From: Bifidobacteriaceae bacterium
Lineage (GTDB): Bacteria > Actinomycetota > Actinomycetes > Actinomycetales > WQXJ01
Direction: 5' to 3'
Assembly: GCA_031270825.1 (NCBI GenBank)
Contig: JAISXH010000011.1
Location: 12,231 to 76,230 of the forward strand
Length of the DNA stretch: 64,000 nt
Below the pieces are notes generated by a model, which was not told where the DNA came from, searched no databases, and saw only the letters and a program-made list of their open reading frames with translations. The first letter of the stretch is position 1. Each line of letters starts with the position of its first letter. Below are positions 18,658 through 27,725 of this stretch, one piece after another. The position numbers were made by a program, and so were the translations under genes.

Positions 18658-19056
18658 GTGAGTTGGCGCCCATTTGGCAGACGCAAGCGCGACGGGGCGG
18701 ACGGGGCCGGGGCCGCGCCCGCTGATTCGAAGCGAGAGACCCTGGAGCACCTGCAGGCGTTCGTCGCCTCCCGAGTCGGGGTGGAGGCCTATATCGAGCC
18801 CCCGAACTCGCAGATTCAGACCACCTTGTTGCTAGTGGCCACGACCGGAGAGTGGACCCGGCGCAAGGTGCCGGATCCGGCCACGGCCCGCACGGTGGCG
18901 ATTTCGCTCGGCATCCCGGTCTACGACGTCAACTTCACCGGCTACCCGCAGCGGATGCGGGACTGGAACGCGGCCCAGCGGGCCGCTCAGCGCCAGGGGC
19001 GCCAGGGCAGCCAAACCGGCCGGGGCCAAGCGGGAGGCGGCGCTGCCGATTCCTAG
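18658..19056 (+). CDS. Hypothetical protein (conserved-looking, ~132 aa)
   Basis: ORF 18541..19056 trimmed to GTG 18658 (VSWRPFGRRKR...). A TAGGCT -10-like hexamer ends 8 nt upstream, so the mRNA may be leaderless. No recognisable family. Confidence 0.45.
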   Translation: MSWRPFGRRKRDGADGAGAAPADSKRETLEHLQAFVASRVGVEAYIEPPNSQIQTTLLLVATTGEWTRRKVPDPATARTVAISLGIPVYDVNFTGYPQRMRDWNAAQRAAQRQGRQGSQTGRGQAGGGAADS

Positions 19057-19061
19057 CCTGG

Positions 19062-20915
19062 TCAGTCCAGGCGGTCGGCCGGCACTTGGTATACCAGCCC
19101 CAGAGGTGTTCTGATGGTGGTCTCGCCGGTTTCCACATCGCGGTGGTACTCCCAACCGAAGCGGGTCTTCAGTTCGTGGCAGCCTTTCGACAGATGTTGA
19201 AGGTTGGATCCTTTGGTCTGCTGGTCGGCCGGTTGGCCCGGGTTGTAGGGGTCGAGGTGGTCGACCTCGCAGCCTTGACGGCAACGTCCGCAGGTAGGAT
19301 TCGCGCACTTGGATTGCCGGACAGCGAGCAGGCGTCGCACCCTGAGGCTGGGTTGATACGAATTGTTCGATGCCGTCTCCATAGGCCAGTCCTCAGGCTC
19401 GCCCCAAGGATTGACGCACGCCTCCGCGAGGCCAATTCCCGGCGGTCCGGCGCCGGAACCGTCTTGGCTCCGCTCGCTCCCGTCACCCGCAGCGCGCCCG
19501 GCACTCATGGCGCCCCTGTCGCCACGGTCACCCCCACCGGTCGCCGGCAGGCTGTTCTCACCGTCCCCGGCCGAACCGCGTCCCGAACTGCCGTCTTCGC
19601 GATCCGGCGGCCCGGCGCCGCGGGTTTCTTCGTAGCGACCAGCGCCTTCTTGCCGTGAGTCGCCGCCCGAACCTCCGCCGCCCGAACCTCCGCCGTCCGA
19701 ACCTCCGCCGCCTGGGCCACCCGGCGGCCTGGCGCGGGCGCCGAACACCATCCCGGCCGAAAACGCCTTGTCCGACACCCATACCGGGCGTCCGGACGCC
19801 GGGTCGACGAAGAGAGCGCGCCAGGTCGCATCCACGGCTATCGCCCGTCCGACTTCCGCCGGGATGGGTCCGGCGCCCAGGATCAGGCCGGGCTTGTCGT
19901 CCAGTCCCAGGAGCGTGGTCGCGTCCATTCGCACCAGCAGCCCGCACTTGGGGAAAGGCGGCCCGGGCCGCCGTGCTCCCCGTTCCGAGACCTCGGAACC
20001 GGAGCCGGCGCTGTCGGGGCCGGCCACACCGTCATGCGGTGCTGGGCCGCCGTCATAGGGTGTGTGGTCGAGCAAGGCAATGAGCGCGTCATAGCGCCGT
20101 TGGCCTGCAGTCCGCAGGTCCTTGGGATGGCCCCTCTGGGATGCCGTTTCGACCAGATCGGTGATGCGCGCTAGTTCGTGGGCGGCGCCGAAGACGGTCA
20201 GCGTGGCCATGGCGGCCGAACGTGATCGGTAATGGATGCTGCGTTCCTCATAGGCCACCTGGTGGGCGTGTGAGCATCCGGCCGGATCTTGATCGGCCGC
20301 CAGTTTCTCGCAACCGTCTTGGATTCGCGGCCGGGTCTGGCCCAGCTTGGCCAACCGGATTCCGTGGCTCAAGACCAGCCGGCGGCTTTCCGGGTCCTCG
20401 AGCCGCCCGGCCGCCCGCAGGATCACGTCCCCAGTTGAAACCCCCAGAACGCCGTCCATCATCGCCTCAGCGAGAATTGGTTCATTCAATCCGGCTGCGC
20501 CGACCCGGGCCAGAGCGTGAGCCGAATACGAGGTCTTTCCGCAAGCCAAGGCCGCCTCGGCGATCAAAGACCGAGCCGGACTGACTGATGGATCATCGGC
20601 CTGCTCCTCGGCCTGCGCGCAGGCGGCGGCCAGCGTCAAACCGGCCTGGCACTGCGACCATTTCGACTGGGCGTCCCACAGTCCTACCAGGCGGATCTGG
20701 TCACGTTGAGTGACCTCATCCATGTCCGCCACTCGACAGAGCATGGCAGCGGTTCGCGGCCCTGGCCCCAGGGATGCGGCCAAGTCCAGTAGTTCGTCGG
20801 CCTTCATCCCGTCCCACCAACAAGAACACCAGCCCAGCTGGTGATCCTCGCACAGGCTCGCCGGAGCGTCCTCGCCGCTGCCAGCGGCTGGTCGGAGAAC
20901 CTCGGTGACTGCCAT
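19062..20915 (-). CDS. DUF222/HNH endonuclease (13E12-type), likely selfish gene
   Basis: C-terminal HNH region CEVDHLDPYNPG...NLQHLSKGCHELKTRFGW. Start trimmed to ATG 20915, because the upstream W/G-rich 59 aa only translate the repeat array. Gly-rich insert before the HNH domain. Confidence 0.8.
   Translation of the reverse strand: MAVTEVLRPAAGSGEDAPASLCEDHQLGWCSCWWDGMKADELLDLAASLGPGPRTAAMLCRVADMDEVTQRDQIRLVGLWDAQSKWSQCQAGLTLAAACAQAEEQADDPSVSPARSLIAEAALACGKTSYSAHALARVGAAGLNEPILAEAMMDGVLGVSTGDVILRAAGRLEDPESRRLVLSHGIRLAKLGQTRPRIQDGCEKLAADQDPAGCSHAHQVAYEERSIHYRSRSAAMATLTVFGAAHELARITDLVETASQRGHPKDLRTAGQRRYDALIALLDHTPYDGGPAPHDGVAGPDSAGSGSEVSERGARRPGPPFPKCGLLVRMDATTLLGLDDKPGLILGAGPIPAEVGRAIAVDATWRALFVDPASGRPVWVSDKAFSAGMVFGARARPPGGPGGGGSDGGGSGGGGSGGDSRQEGAGRYEETRGAGPPDREDGSSGRGSAGDGENSLPATGGGDRGDRGAMSAGRAAGDGSERSQDGSGAGPPGIGLAEACVNPWGEPEDWPMETASNNSYQPSLRVRRLLAVRQSKCANPTCGRCRQGCEVDHLDPYNPGQPADQQTKGSNLQHLSKGCHELKTRFGWEYHRDVETGETTIRTPLGLVYQVPADRLD
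19661..19705 (-). repeat. 15-bp tandem repeat x3 (cgccgcccgaacctc on + strand) inside the HNH gene, encodes a Gly/Ser-rich insert
   Basis: Units at 19661-19675, 19676-19690 and 19691-19705, with a degenerate fourth unit to 19720. Confidence 0.85.
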
Positions 20916-20998
20916 GACAACCACCCTAGAACCGAGCTCTGACACTGAGATGACCAGCCAAAACGCTCCTCCAAGCGAGTGTTCGCGCCACCGCCCTT

Positions 20999-21119
20999 CG
21001 ACCCAGCGACCCAGCCACCCGGCGACCCAGCCACCCAGCCACCCGGCGACCCAGCGACCCAGCCACCCAGCGACCCAGCCACCCGGCCACACAGCGACCC
21101 AGCCACCCAGCGACCCCGG
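20999..21119. repeat. 8-bp (c[g/c]acccag) / 24-bp periodic repeat array, ~5 x 24 bp
   Basis: Read directly: cgacccagcgacccagccacccgg and four variants. Lies between the HNH gene start and the pepA stop, and is open in several frames on both strands. Confidence 0.9.
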
Positions 21120-21175
21120 TAGCGGTTCCCGCGCCCGCCCGTCGCACCAGGACCCGTCCGAGAGGGCGGCCCCCC

Positions 21176-22618
21176 TCAGCCCAGGGAAGAGTCCTCGAGA
21201 TACCGCACCAACGTGCGCACGCCGTAGCCGGTGCCGCCCTTGGGCGTGTAGCCGAAGGGCTCGCCGGTGTTGAAGGCGGGCCCGGCGCAGTCGATGTGCG
21301 CCCAGGGGGTGTCGCCCGTGAACTGGCGTAGGAAGAGGCCCGCGCTGAGCATCCCCGCCGCCGGGTCGGTCAAGTTGGCGTTGGTGAAATCCGCCACCTC
21401 AGACTTGAACACCTCCATCAGTTCGGGCGGCAGCGGCATGGCCCATGCGTCCTCGCCCGCGGCCAGGGCGGCCGCCACCACCTGGTCTCGCAGCGCCTCC
21501 GTCCCCATGACCCCGGCGATGCGCTTGCCCAGGGCTGTGATCTGGGCTCCCGTCAGCGTAGCGATGTCGATGATGGCGTCGGGCCGATCCTGGCGGGCCC
21601 AAGCGATCCCGTCCGCCAGGACCAGTCGGCCCTCGGCGTCGGTATTCATGACCTCGACCGCGTGTCCGTCCTTCAGGACGATCACGTCGCCGGGTCGCTG
21701 AGCCGACCCGGACGGCAGGTTCTCCGCCAAGCACAGATACGCCGTCACCTTGGTTTTCAGTTTGAGGTCCGATGCCGCTCGCACCGCTCCCAGCACCGCC
21801 GCCGCCCCAGCCATGTCGCTTTTCATAGTCGCCATGGCGCCTCGGGGCTTGAGCGAGAGCCCGCCCGAATCGAAGGTGATGCCCTTGCCGACCAAGGCCA
21901 CAAGGCGGCGCGCCCTGGGCGGCGCATAGGTCAGTTTGACCAGGCGGGGAGGGTGGATTGAGCCTTGGCCCACGGCCACCAGGCCGCCGAAGCCGCCTTT
22001 GGCCAGATCGGCCTCGTCAAGAACTTGCACACGGATGGGGGAGTCCTTGACGGCGGCGGCGGCCTGGTCGGCGAAGGTGGCCGGGTAGAGCCGATTCGGC
22101 GGTTCATTGGTCAACCGGCGCGCTAGCTTGACGCCGTCCACCACGGCCTGGGCCCGGGCCACGACGTGCCGGGCGCTTGACGCGACCCCGTCCGGACCGC
22201 CGGGCACGGCCAAAATCAACTCGGCGGCATCGGCGGCCCCCAACAACGCCCCCTCGGCGATGGCGGCCAGATAGGCGGGATCAGCCGTGACGGGAGGGTG
22301 GTCCGGGCCGGCGTCGAAGGCCAAGGCGACGCGAGTGGCGTCGAGTTGTCTGAGCGCGGCGCCCACGGCCCGGCGAAGGTCTTCTGGCTGGTGGGAGTCG
22401 CCCAGGCCGACAACAGCCAAGACCGGGGCCGCCAGATCGCCGGCCACGGACGCGGCGGGCAGGCGGGTCAACTCGCCGTTCTTGCCGGTGAAGCCGAGCG
22501 CGGTCAACAACTCGGCGCTGGCCAAGCCGGGGACCGCGCCCCCTAGATGAGCTCCGGTTAGAACCACGGGAGCCTCGAGCGTCCTGAGATTGGCGTCGGT
22601 GAGAGTCAAACTGGTCAC
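21176..22618 (-). CDS. pepA: Leucyl aminopeptidase (M17)
   Basis: NTDAEGRLVLAD signature; 480 aa; GTG start. Confidence 0.93.
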   Translation of the reverse strand: MTSLTLTDANLRTLEAPVVLTGAHLGGAVPGLASAELLTALGFTGKNGELTRLPAASVAGDLAAPVLAVVGLGDSHQPEDLRRAVGAALRQLDATRVALAFDAGPDHPPVTADPAYLAAIAEGALLGAADAAELILAVPGGPDGVASSARHVVARAQAVVDGVKLARRLTNEPPNRLYPATFADQAAAAVKDSPIRVQVLDEADLAKGGFGGLVAVGQGSIHPPRLVKLTYAPPRARRLVALVGKGITFDSGGLSLKPRGAMATMKSDMAGAAAVLGAVRAASDLKLKTKVTAYLCLAENLPSGSAQRPGDVIVLKDGHAVEVMNTDAEGRLVLADGIAWARQDRPDAIIDIATLTGAQITALGKRIAGVMGTEALRDQVVAAALAAGEDAWAMPLPPELMEVFKSEVADFTNANLTDPAAGMLSAGLFLRQFTGDTPWAHIDCAGPAFNTGEPFGYTPKGGTGYGVRTLVRYLEDSSLG

Positions 22619-22624
22619 CGGGCA

Positions 22625-23728
22625 ATGCTAATTCAGATCCAGCCGGTAACCTGGGAGATTGTGTATCGCCTGATCTTCAACTTGTTTTTCCGGGGTATGG
22701 ATCCGGAGCGAGCGCACAAGCTGGCGTTGGTGATGATCACGGCGATGGGGGAGTTCCCGCCGGCCCGTGGGCTGGTCGGCCTGCTGTTCGGAGCCAAGCG
22801 CCGGCCCGGCCCCACGGGCCCGGACGGCAACAGGCTGTTCGGGCGCGACTTGACTGGGCCGCTCGGGCTCGCGGCCGGCTTCGACAAGGACGCCAAAGCG
22901 GTCAAAGGCCTGACCGCGCTGGGCTTCAGCTTTGTCGAGGTCGGCACGGTCACGCGCTTCCCGCAGCCGGGCAATCAGCGCCCGCGGCTGTGGCGGTTGC
23001 TGGAACAGCGGGCCTTGCGGAACGCCATGGGCTTCAACAACGCCGGCTCCACAGCCGTGGCGCGAACGCTGCGCGAATTGCGGCGTTCGCCCGGCGGACG
23101 CGATTACGTGGTCGGCGTCAACATCGGCAAGTCGAAGGTGACCGCGGTGCCCGAGGCGGCGGCGGACTATTTCGTCTCGGCGCGGCGTCTGGCCCGCTAC
23201 GCCGACTACCTGGTGGTCAACGTCTCCTCGCCGAACACCCCTGGGCTGCGCGACTTGCAGGCGGTCAGCCAGCTGAGGCCCGTCTTGTTGGCCGCGCGGG
23301 CGGGCGCCGCCCAGTCGCTGGCCAAAGACGGGCGCCCGGGGAACTTGCCCCTGCTGGTCAAGATCGCCCCGGACTTGTCGGATGAGGACATCGACGCCAT
23401 CGCCGACCTGGTCGAGGAGCTGGATCTGGACGGCGTGGTGGCGGTCAACACCACGGTGGCCCATGACCTGGGCGCGGGCGGGTTGTCGGGTCCGCCGCTG
23501 CGTGAACGCGGCCTGGAAGTGGTGCGCCGCCTGCGCCAGCGCCTCGGCCGCGAACGGACCATCATCGGGGCGGGCGGAGTCACTTGCGGCCTCGACGTGG
23601 AGGCCTACCAGGCCGCCGGGGCCAATGTGGTCCAGGCCTACACGGCCTTCATCTATGAGGGCCCCGCTTGGCCCGGGCGCGTTCAGCGCCGAGCCGCCCG
23701 GTCGATGGCCGGGGCCGGCCGGAGTTGA
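22625..23728 (+). CDS. pyrD: Dihydroorotate dehydrogenase (quinone), class 2
   Basis: Motifs GFNNAG, VNIGKSK, LVVNVSSPNTPGLRDLQ. Alternative start GTG 22661 (VYRLIFNLFF) is possible. Confidence 0.9.
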   Translation: MLIQIQPVTWEIVYRLIFNLFFRGMDPERAHKLALVMITAMGEFPPARGLVGLLFGAKRRPGPTGPDGNRLFGRDLTGPLGLAAGFDKDAKAVKGLTALGFSFVEVGTVTRFPQPGNQRPRLWRLLEQRALRNAMGFNNAGSTAVARTLRELRRSPGGRDYVVGVNIGKSKVTAVPEAAADYFVSARRLARYADYLVVNVSSPNTPGLRDLQAVSQLRPVLLAARAGAAQSLAKDGRPGNLPLLVKIAPDLSDEDIDAIADLVEELDLDGVVAVNTTVAHDLGAGGLSGPPLRERGLEVVRRLRQRLGRERTIIGAGGVTCGLDVEAYQAAGANVVQAYTAFIYEGPAWPGRVQRRAARSMAGAGRS

Positions 23729-23773
23729 CGCCCGCCGGGACTGACGCCGGCCGGGACTGACGCCGGCCGGGAC
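23726..23773. repeat. 16-bp tandem repeat x3 (tgacgcc[c/g]gccgggac), begins with the pyrD stop codon
   Basis: Units at 23726-23741, 23742-23757 and 23758-23773. Each starts with TGA and contains the ccggccgg palindrome. Confidence 0.9.
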
Positions 23774-23809
23774 CGAATGTCTGCCGGGGCGGGCATCCGC
23801 CGGGTACTG

Positions 23810-24421
23810 CTACCCGGGCAATTCACCCCGTTTGACCTGCGGATTCGGCATGCGGGTGCGGCGCATCTGGAGTGACCGGTTGATGCCGTACCAGACTGAG
23901 CCCTTGGGCAGTTTGTCGGCGCCGAACCTGGCGATCAGCTCCCGCTTGAGCCTGCGGCCGCGGATGGTGGCGTCGACAATCACCGCGATCAGGATGACGT
24001 ACATCGACAGCATCACGTAGGAGGCGACCACCGGCGCCCACTGGATCAGGAAGAAGAGCAGAATCAGCGATCCCAGGGCCAAGAACACAATGTATTCGCC
24101 GACCGAGCGCTGCGAGTCGATGTAATCCCGCGTCCACCGGCGCACCGGCCCCTTGTCGCGGGCGGGCAGGTAGCGCTCGTCCCCGGTTTTCATCGCCAGG
24201 TCGAAACGCTCGCGGGCCTTGGCCCGTTCGGCCTTCTGTTGTTCCTTTGTCAGCGGCCTGGCTTGGGCCTTGGTCCCGGCGCCGCCAAGGGGGCGCTTGT
24301 GGACGGCTTCAGCCTCCTTGCGTTTCGGGGTGGGGCGGCCCTTGCCCTCAGACTTGGGTTCAGGGGCCGTTGAAGGCCGGCCGGACGCCTTGGTTTGGTT
24401 CTTGCCAGACAGGATTGACAC
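23810..24421 (-). CDS. DUF3043-family membrane protein
   Basis: Lys/Arg-rich N-terminus (GKGRPTPKRKEAEA), GDERYLPARDKGPVRRW, and two TM segments. Confidence 0.75.
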   Translation of the reverse strand: MSILSGKNQTKASGRPSTAPEPKSEGKGRPTPKRKEAEAVHKRPLGGAGTKAQARPLTKEQQKAERAKARERFDLAMKTGDERYLPARDKGPVRRWTRDYIDSQRSVGEYIVFLALGSLILLFFLIQWAPVVASYVMLSMYVILIAVIVDATIRGRRLKRELIARFGADKLPKGSVWYGINRSLQMRRTRMPNPQVKRGELPG

Positions 24422-24452
24422 GCTGTCAAGTCTATGGGGTTACCGTTGAGGG

Positions 24453-25874
24453 ATGGTTAGTCCTTCCGCTCTGAGGGGGCGCGTCGACGCCCAGTTCGCG
24501 CACGCCGTGGCTGATCTGGAGCGTTTGGTCCGGATTCCGTCCTATCTGGCGCCATCAGCCCCACCAGGGGTTTTGCACCGCTCTGCGGCCGAGGTGGCCG
24601 AGTTGCTGAATGACGTCGGCGTGCGCGACGTGGCGGTGGTGAGCGCCGGGGGCGGCCCGGGCGTCATCGGGCAAATCACGGTTTCCGATGCCGTGCCGAC
24701 CGTATTGTTGTACGCCCACCACGACGTTCAGCCGGTCGCGAACGACTGGTCGACCGACCCCTTCGAACCTGTGGTCAAAGGCGGGCGTCTGTACGGACGG
24801 GGTTCGGCCGACGATGGCGCCGGCGTGGTGGTTCACTTGGGGGCGTTGCGCGCCTTGGGCGGCGACTTGGGCGTGAACGTGCGCGTGTTCATCGAGGGCG
24901 AGGAGGAGGCGGGCTCGCCGACCTTTGGTCGCTTGTTGCGGGAGCACCGGGATCAGCTCGCCGCTGATGTGATCGTGATCGCGGATTGCGAGAATCCAGC
25001 GCCGGACGTGCCGGGGCTGACGGTGTCGCTGCGTGGGATCGCCGATTTGACGGTGACCCTGCGAGTGGCCGACCACGCCGTCCATTCCGGCGCCTTCGGC
25101 GGCGCCTTCCTGGACGCGCCGACCTTGTTGGCCAGGCTGATCGCCACTTTGCATGATTCGTCCGGCGCGGTGGCGGTGGCTGGGCTGGCGCCGACCGGGC
25201 ACAGCCTGGAGACGGTCGACGAGACGGAATTCCGCCGCGCCGCCGCCCTGGTTCCGGGACTGGAGTTGGCGGGTCGAGGCTCGCTGGCGGATCGGCTGTG
25301 GTGGAGTCCGGCGATCGACCTGATCGGCTTCGACTCGACTTCGGTCGAAGAGTCCTCCAACACGATCCAGGCCCTGGCCCGAGCCCGGCTGTCCCTGAGG
25401 GTGCCTCCAGGCATGGACGCCGCCCGCGCGCAGGCGCTGGTGGGACAGCATTTGCGTGAGCGGGTCGAATTCGGGGCCGAGTTGGTGATCGAGGACGGGG
25501 TGGCCGCCGGCGGCTTTGTGGCCGACACTTCGGGGCCGGCGTTCGCGGCCGCATGCCAGGCCCTGGGCGAGGCCTACGGCCACCCGGTGGTGTTCACCGG
25601 CCAGGGCGGATCGATCCCGTTGGCCCTGGATGTGGGCGAGGTCTTCCCCGGGATCGAGGTCTTGTTGACCGGTGTCGAGGACCATGATTCACGGGCGCAT
25701 TCGGGTGACGAATCGGTGTCGCTGCCGATGCTGCGCCGGGCGATCCTGGCCGAAGCGTTGCTGCTTGATCGCCTGGCGACGCGAGCCAGCGCATCCGGAG
25801 CGCGCGCGTCGGGAGCGAGCGCAACAGGGGCGAGCGCGACCGGCGCGACCGGCGAGAGCGGCGTTGGGGGCTAG
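24453..25874 (+). CDS. M20-family dipeptidase/metallohydrolase
   Basis: LYAHHDVQP and GRGSADDGAG motifs. C-terminal Ala/Ser/Gly repeat tail. Confidence 0.85.
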   Translation: MVSPSALRGRVDAQFAHAVADLERLVRIPSYLAPSAPPGVLHRSAAEVAELLNDVGVRDVAVVSAGGGPGVIGQITVSDAVPTVLLYAHHDVQPVANDWSTDPFEPVVKGGRLYGRGSADDGAGVVVHLGALRALGGDLGVNVRVFIEGEEEAGSPTFGRLLREHRDQLAADVIVIADCENPAPDVPGLTVSLRGIADLTVTLRVADHAVHSGAFGGAFLDAPTLLARLIATLHDSSGAVAVAGLAPTGHSLETVDETEFRRAAALVPGLELAGRGSLADRLWWSPAIDLIGFDSTSVEESSNTIQALARARLSLRVPPGMDAARAQALVGQHLRERVEFGAELVIEDGVAAGGFVADTSGPAFAAACQALGEAYGHPVVFTGQGGSIPLALDVGEVFPGIEVLLTGVEDHDSRAHSGDESVSLPMLRRAILAEALLLDRLATRASASGARASGASATGASATGATGESGVGG

Positions 25875-26588
25875 ATGATTCTGGGAGGGCTGAGCGCCGT
25901 GGTCGACGGCGCCGGGCCGCCGGTGGTGTTGCTGCACGGCAATTCGGAAGACTGCTCGGTGTTCGAGCCGCTGCGTCCCTATCTAGGCGGATTCACGACT
26001 ATCGCGCTGGATGCCCGCGGGCATGGCGCCACGCCCATCGGCGAGGCGCCGATGACCATCACACAACTGGCGATCGATTGTTGCCACGCCCTGGCCGACT
26101 ATCGCGTCCGGTACCGCTACCAAGGCAGGTTCGGTCTGATCGGATTCTCGGACGGCGCCAATGTCGGCCTGGAGTTGGCGATTCATCGGCCCGAGCTCCT
26201 GGCCGCCCAGGTGTTGATGGGCGGCAACACCACCCAGGGCGCCCTCAGACCGTTCACCAACTTGGGCGTGACCGTGGGCTACTGGGCCATGCGCCTGGCC
26301 GGGCTGGTCTCGGCGGCGGCGCGGCGCCGAGCGGCGGTCTGGGGGCTGATGATCGGACAGCCCAATCACACCAAGGCGATGCTCGAATCGGTGCGGGTGC
26401 CGACTTTGATCGTGGTTGGCGAACGCGACATTGTGCCCCGGCGTGAATCGCTGCGGACCGCCCGGCTGATACCAGGCGCCGAATGGGTTGAGATCGCCGG
26501 CCAGGGGCACAATCTGCCGCTGCGCGCGGCCGGGGTGGCCGGTCCGCTGGCGGCGGACTTTCTGGCGCGCTTCTTGCCCGCCAGGTAA
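25875..26588 (+). CDS. Alpha/beta hydrolase
   Basis: VVLLHGNSED and nucleophile elbow GFSDG. ATG directly follows the upstream TAG. Confidence 0.8.
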   Translation: MILGGLSAVVDGAGPPVVLLHGNSEDCSVFEPLRPYLGGFTTIALDARGHGATPIGEAPMTITQLAIDCCHALADYRVRYRYQGRFGLIGFSDGANVGLELAIHRPELLAAQVLMGGNTTQGALRPFTNLGVTVGYWAMRLAGLVSAAARRRAAVWGLMIGQPNHTKAMLESVRVPTLIVVGERDIVPRRESLRTARLIPGAEWVEIAGQGHNLPLRAAGVAGPLAADFLARFLPAR

Positions 26589-26600
26589 GGTTGGCCTGAC

Positions 26601-26636
26601 CAAGAGGCCAAGAGGCCAAGAGGCCAAGAGGCCCGA
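26601..26636. repeat. 9-bp tandem repeat x4 (caagaggcc) in the erpA upstream region
   Basis: Four perfect units read directly. Confidence 0.9.
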
Positions 26637-26675
26637 ACTGATGAGGAATCGATTGACGAAGGAATGGAGTCCCAG

Positions 26676-27026
26676 ATGACGACCGCCGCTTCCGAGAAGA
26701 CCCATGGCGTCCAGTTGACACCGGCTGCGGCCGCGAAGGTCAAAGAGTTGTTGGACCGTGAAGGCAAGCCGGACTTGCGTTTGCGTTTGGCGGTTGAACC
26801 CGGCGGCTGCGCTGGCATGCAGTACGACTTGGGCTTTGACGACGCTCTGGTGGAGGGTGACGCGCTGGTCCTGTTCGACGGCGTGCCCCTGGTAGTGGAT
26901 CAGCTGTCCGCCCCAATGGTGGACGGCGCCGTGATCGACTTCGAGGACTCGATCTCCAGTCAGGGCTTCTCAATCGACAACCCCAACGCGACCCAGGGCT
27001 GCGCCTGCGGCAATTCCTTCTGCTAG
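26676..27026 (+). CDS. erpA: Iron-sulfur cluster insertion protein (HesB/IscA/ErpA family)
   Basis: LRLAVEPGGCAGMQY and C-terminal GCACGNSF. Start set at ATG 26676, 6 nt after GGAG. ORF-track start is 26664. Confidence 0.88.
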   Translation: MTTAASEKTHGVQLTPAAAAKVKELLDREGKPDLRLRLAVEPGGCAGMQYDLGFDDALVEGDALVLFDGVPLVVDQLSAPMVDGAVIDFEDSISSQGFSIDNPNATQGCACGNSFC

Positions 27027-27074
27027 CCGTGCCCCAGGCGCCCCCGATCTGGGTCGCCCCATACCCCCAGAGCG

Positions 27075-27605
27075 CTACTTGACCTGGTAGGTCGGCACGA
27101 TCAGGGCCCGCGCCAGGGTGTGGAAAAGGGCGTTGAAAGCGGCTGCGGTTGGTGTCGCGCCCGGGCTGATCGGCAGCGTCTCGACGTCGAGCGCGTGGAC
27201 CGCGAAATAGTAGCGGTGCGGATAGTCGCCTGGCGGCGGCGCGGCGCCGGCGTAGCCGATGGCGCCGCCGTCGTTGCGGAGTTGGAAAACCGGGTCTTGA
27301 TAGGCCCCGTCTGGAGCACCGGCGTCTTGATCCAGCTCGGTGACTGATGCGGGCAGGTTCACCAGCGTCCAGTGCCAGAAGCCGGCCGGGGTCGGCGCGT
27401 CCGGGTCGAAGCAATTGACCAGGAAGCTTTTGGTTGCCGTCGGGAAGCCGCTCCACGCCAGCTGCGGCGAGAAGTTGCCGCCCGCTTGGATGAAGGCGCT
27501 GTCCAACTGGGTGTCAGAGGCGACGTCCAAACTGGTGAGCGTGAATGAGGCGACCTTCGGAAGGAGTGAATACTGATCGGGTGGGATCGGGCGCGTTAGG
27601 TCCAT
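27075..27605 (-). CDS. YbhB/YbcL-family PEBP (Raf kinase inhibitor-like) protein
   Basis: Motifs [23 protein letters not shown] and [11 protein letters not shown]. Confidence 0.85.
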   Translation of the reverse strand: MDLTRPIPPDQYSLLPKVASFTLTSLDVASDTQLDSAFIQAGGNFSPQLAWSGFPTATKSFLVNCFDPDAPTPAGFWHWTLVNLPASVTELDQDAGAPDGAYQDPVFQLRNDGGAIGYAGAAPPPGDYPHRYYFAVHALDVETLPISPGATPTAAAFNALFHTLARALIVPTYQVK

Positions 27606-27690
27606 AGGGAGAGTTTATCGGCGGAAAGCGCGGCTGGCCTGCGCGCTAGCGCTCCGCGCGGAGAGCGGACATTTTTGGCCTCAATCCGGC

Positions 27691-27720
27691 TTGACACAAA
27701 TGTACGAAGCGAGTTAGATA
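27691..27720 (+). promoter_or_regulatory. Sigma70-like promoter for imuA'-imuB-dnaE2 (TTGACA-18 nt-TAGATA)
   Basis: TTGACA at 27691-27696, an 18-nt spacer, then TAGATA at 27715-27720. Confidence 0.55.
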
Positions 27721-27725
27721 GGTAG

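Noticed and set aside
20916-21092. N-terminal 59-aa W/G-rich extension of the HNH ORF (MWPGGWVAGWLGRWVAGWLG...).
   Set aside because: It is merely the reverse-strand translation of the 8/24-bp repeat array. A good internal ATG (20915) starts the DUF222-like sequence.
27700-27716. Second LexA-like half-site in the promoter spacer (ACGAAGCGAGTTAGA).
   Set aside because: No alignment to TCGAAC-N4-GTTCGA gives fewer than about four mismatches, so it is probably chance.
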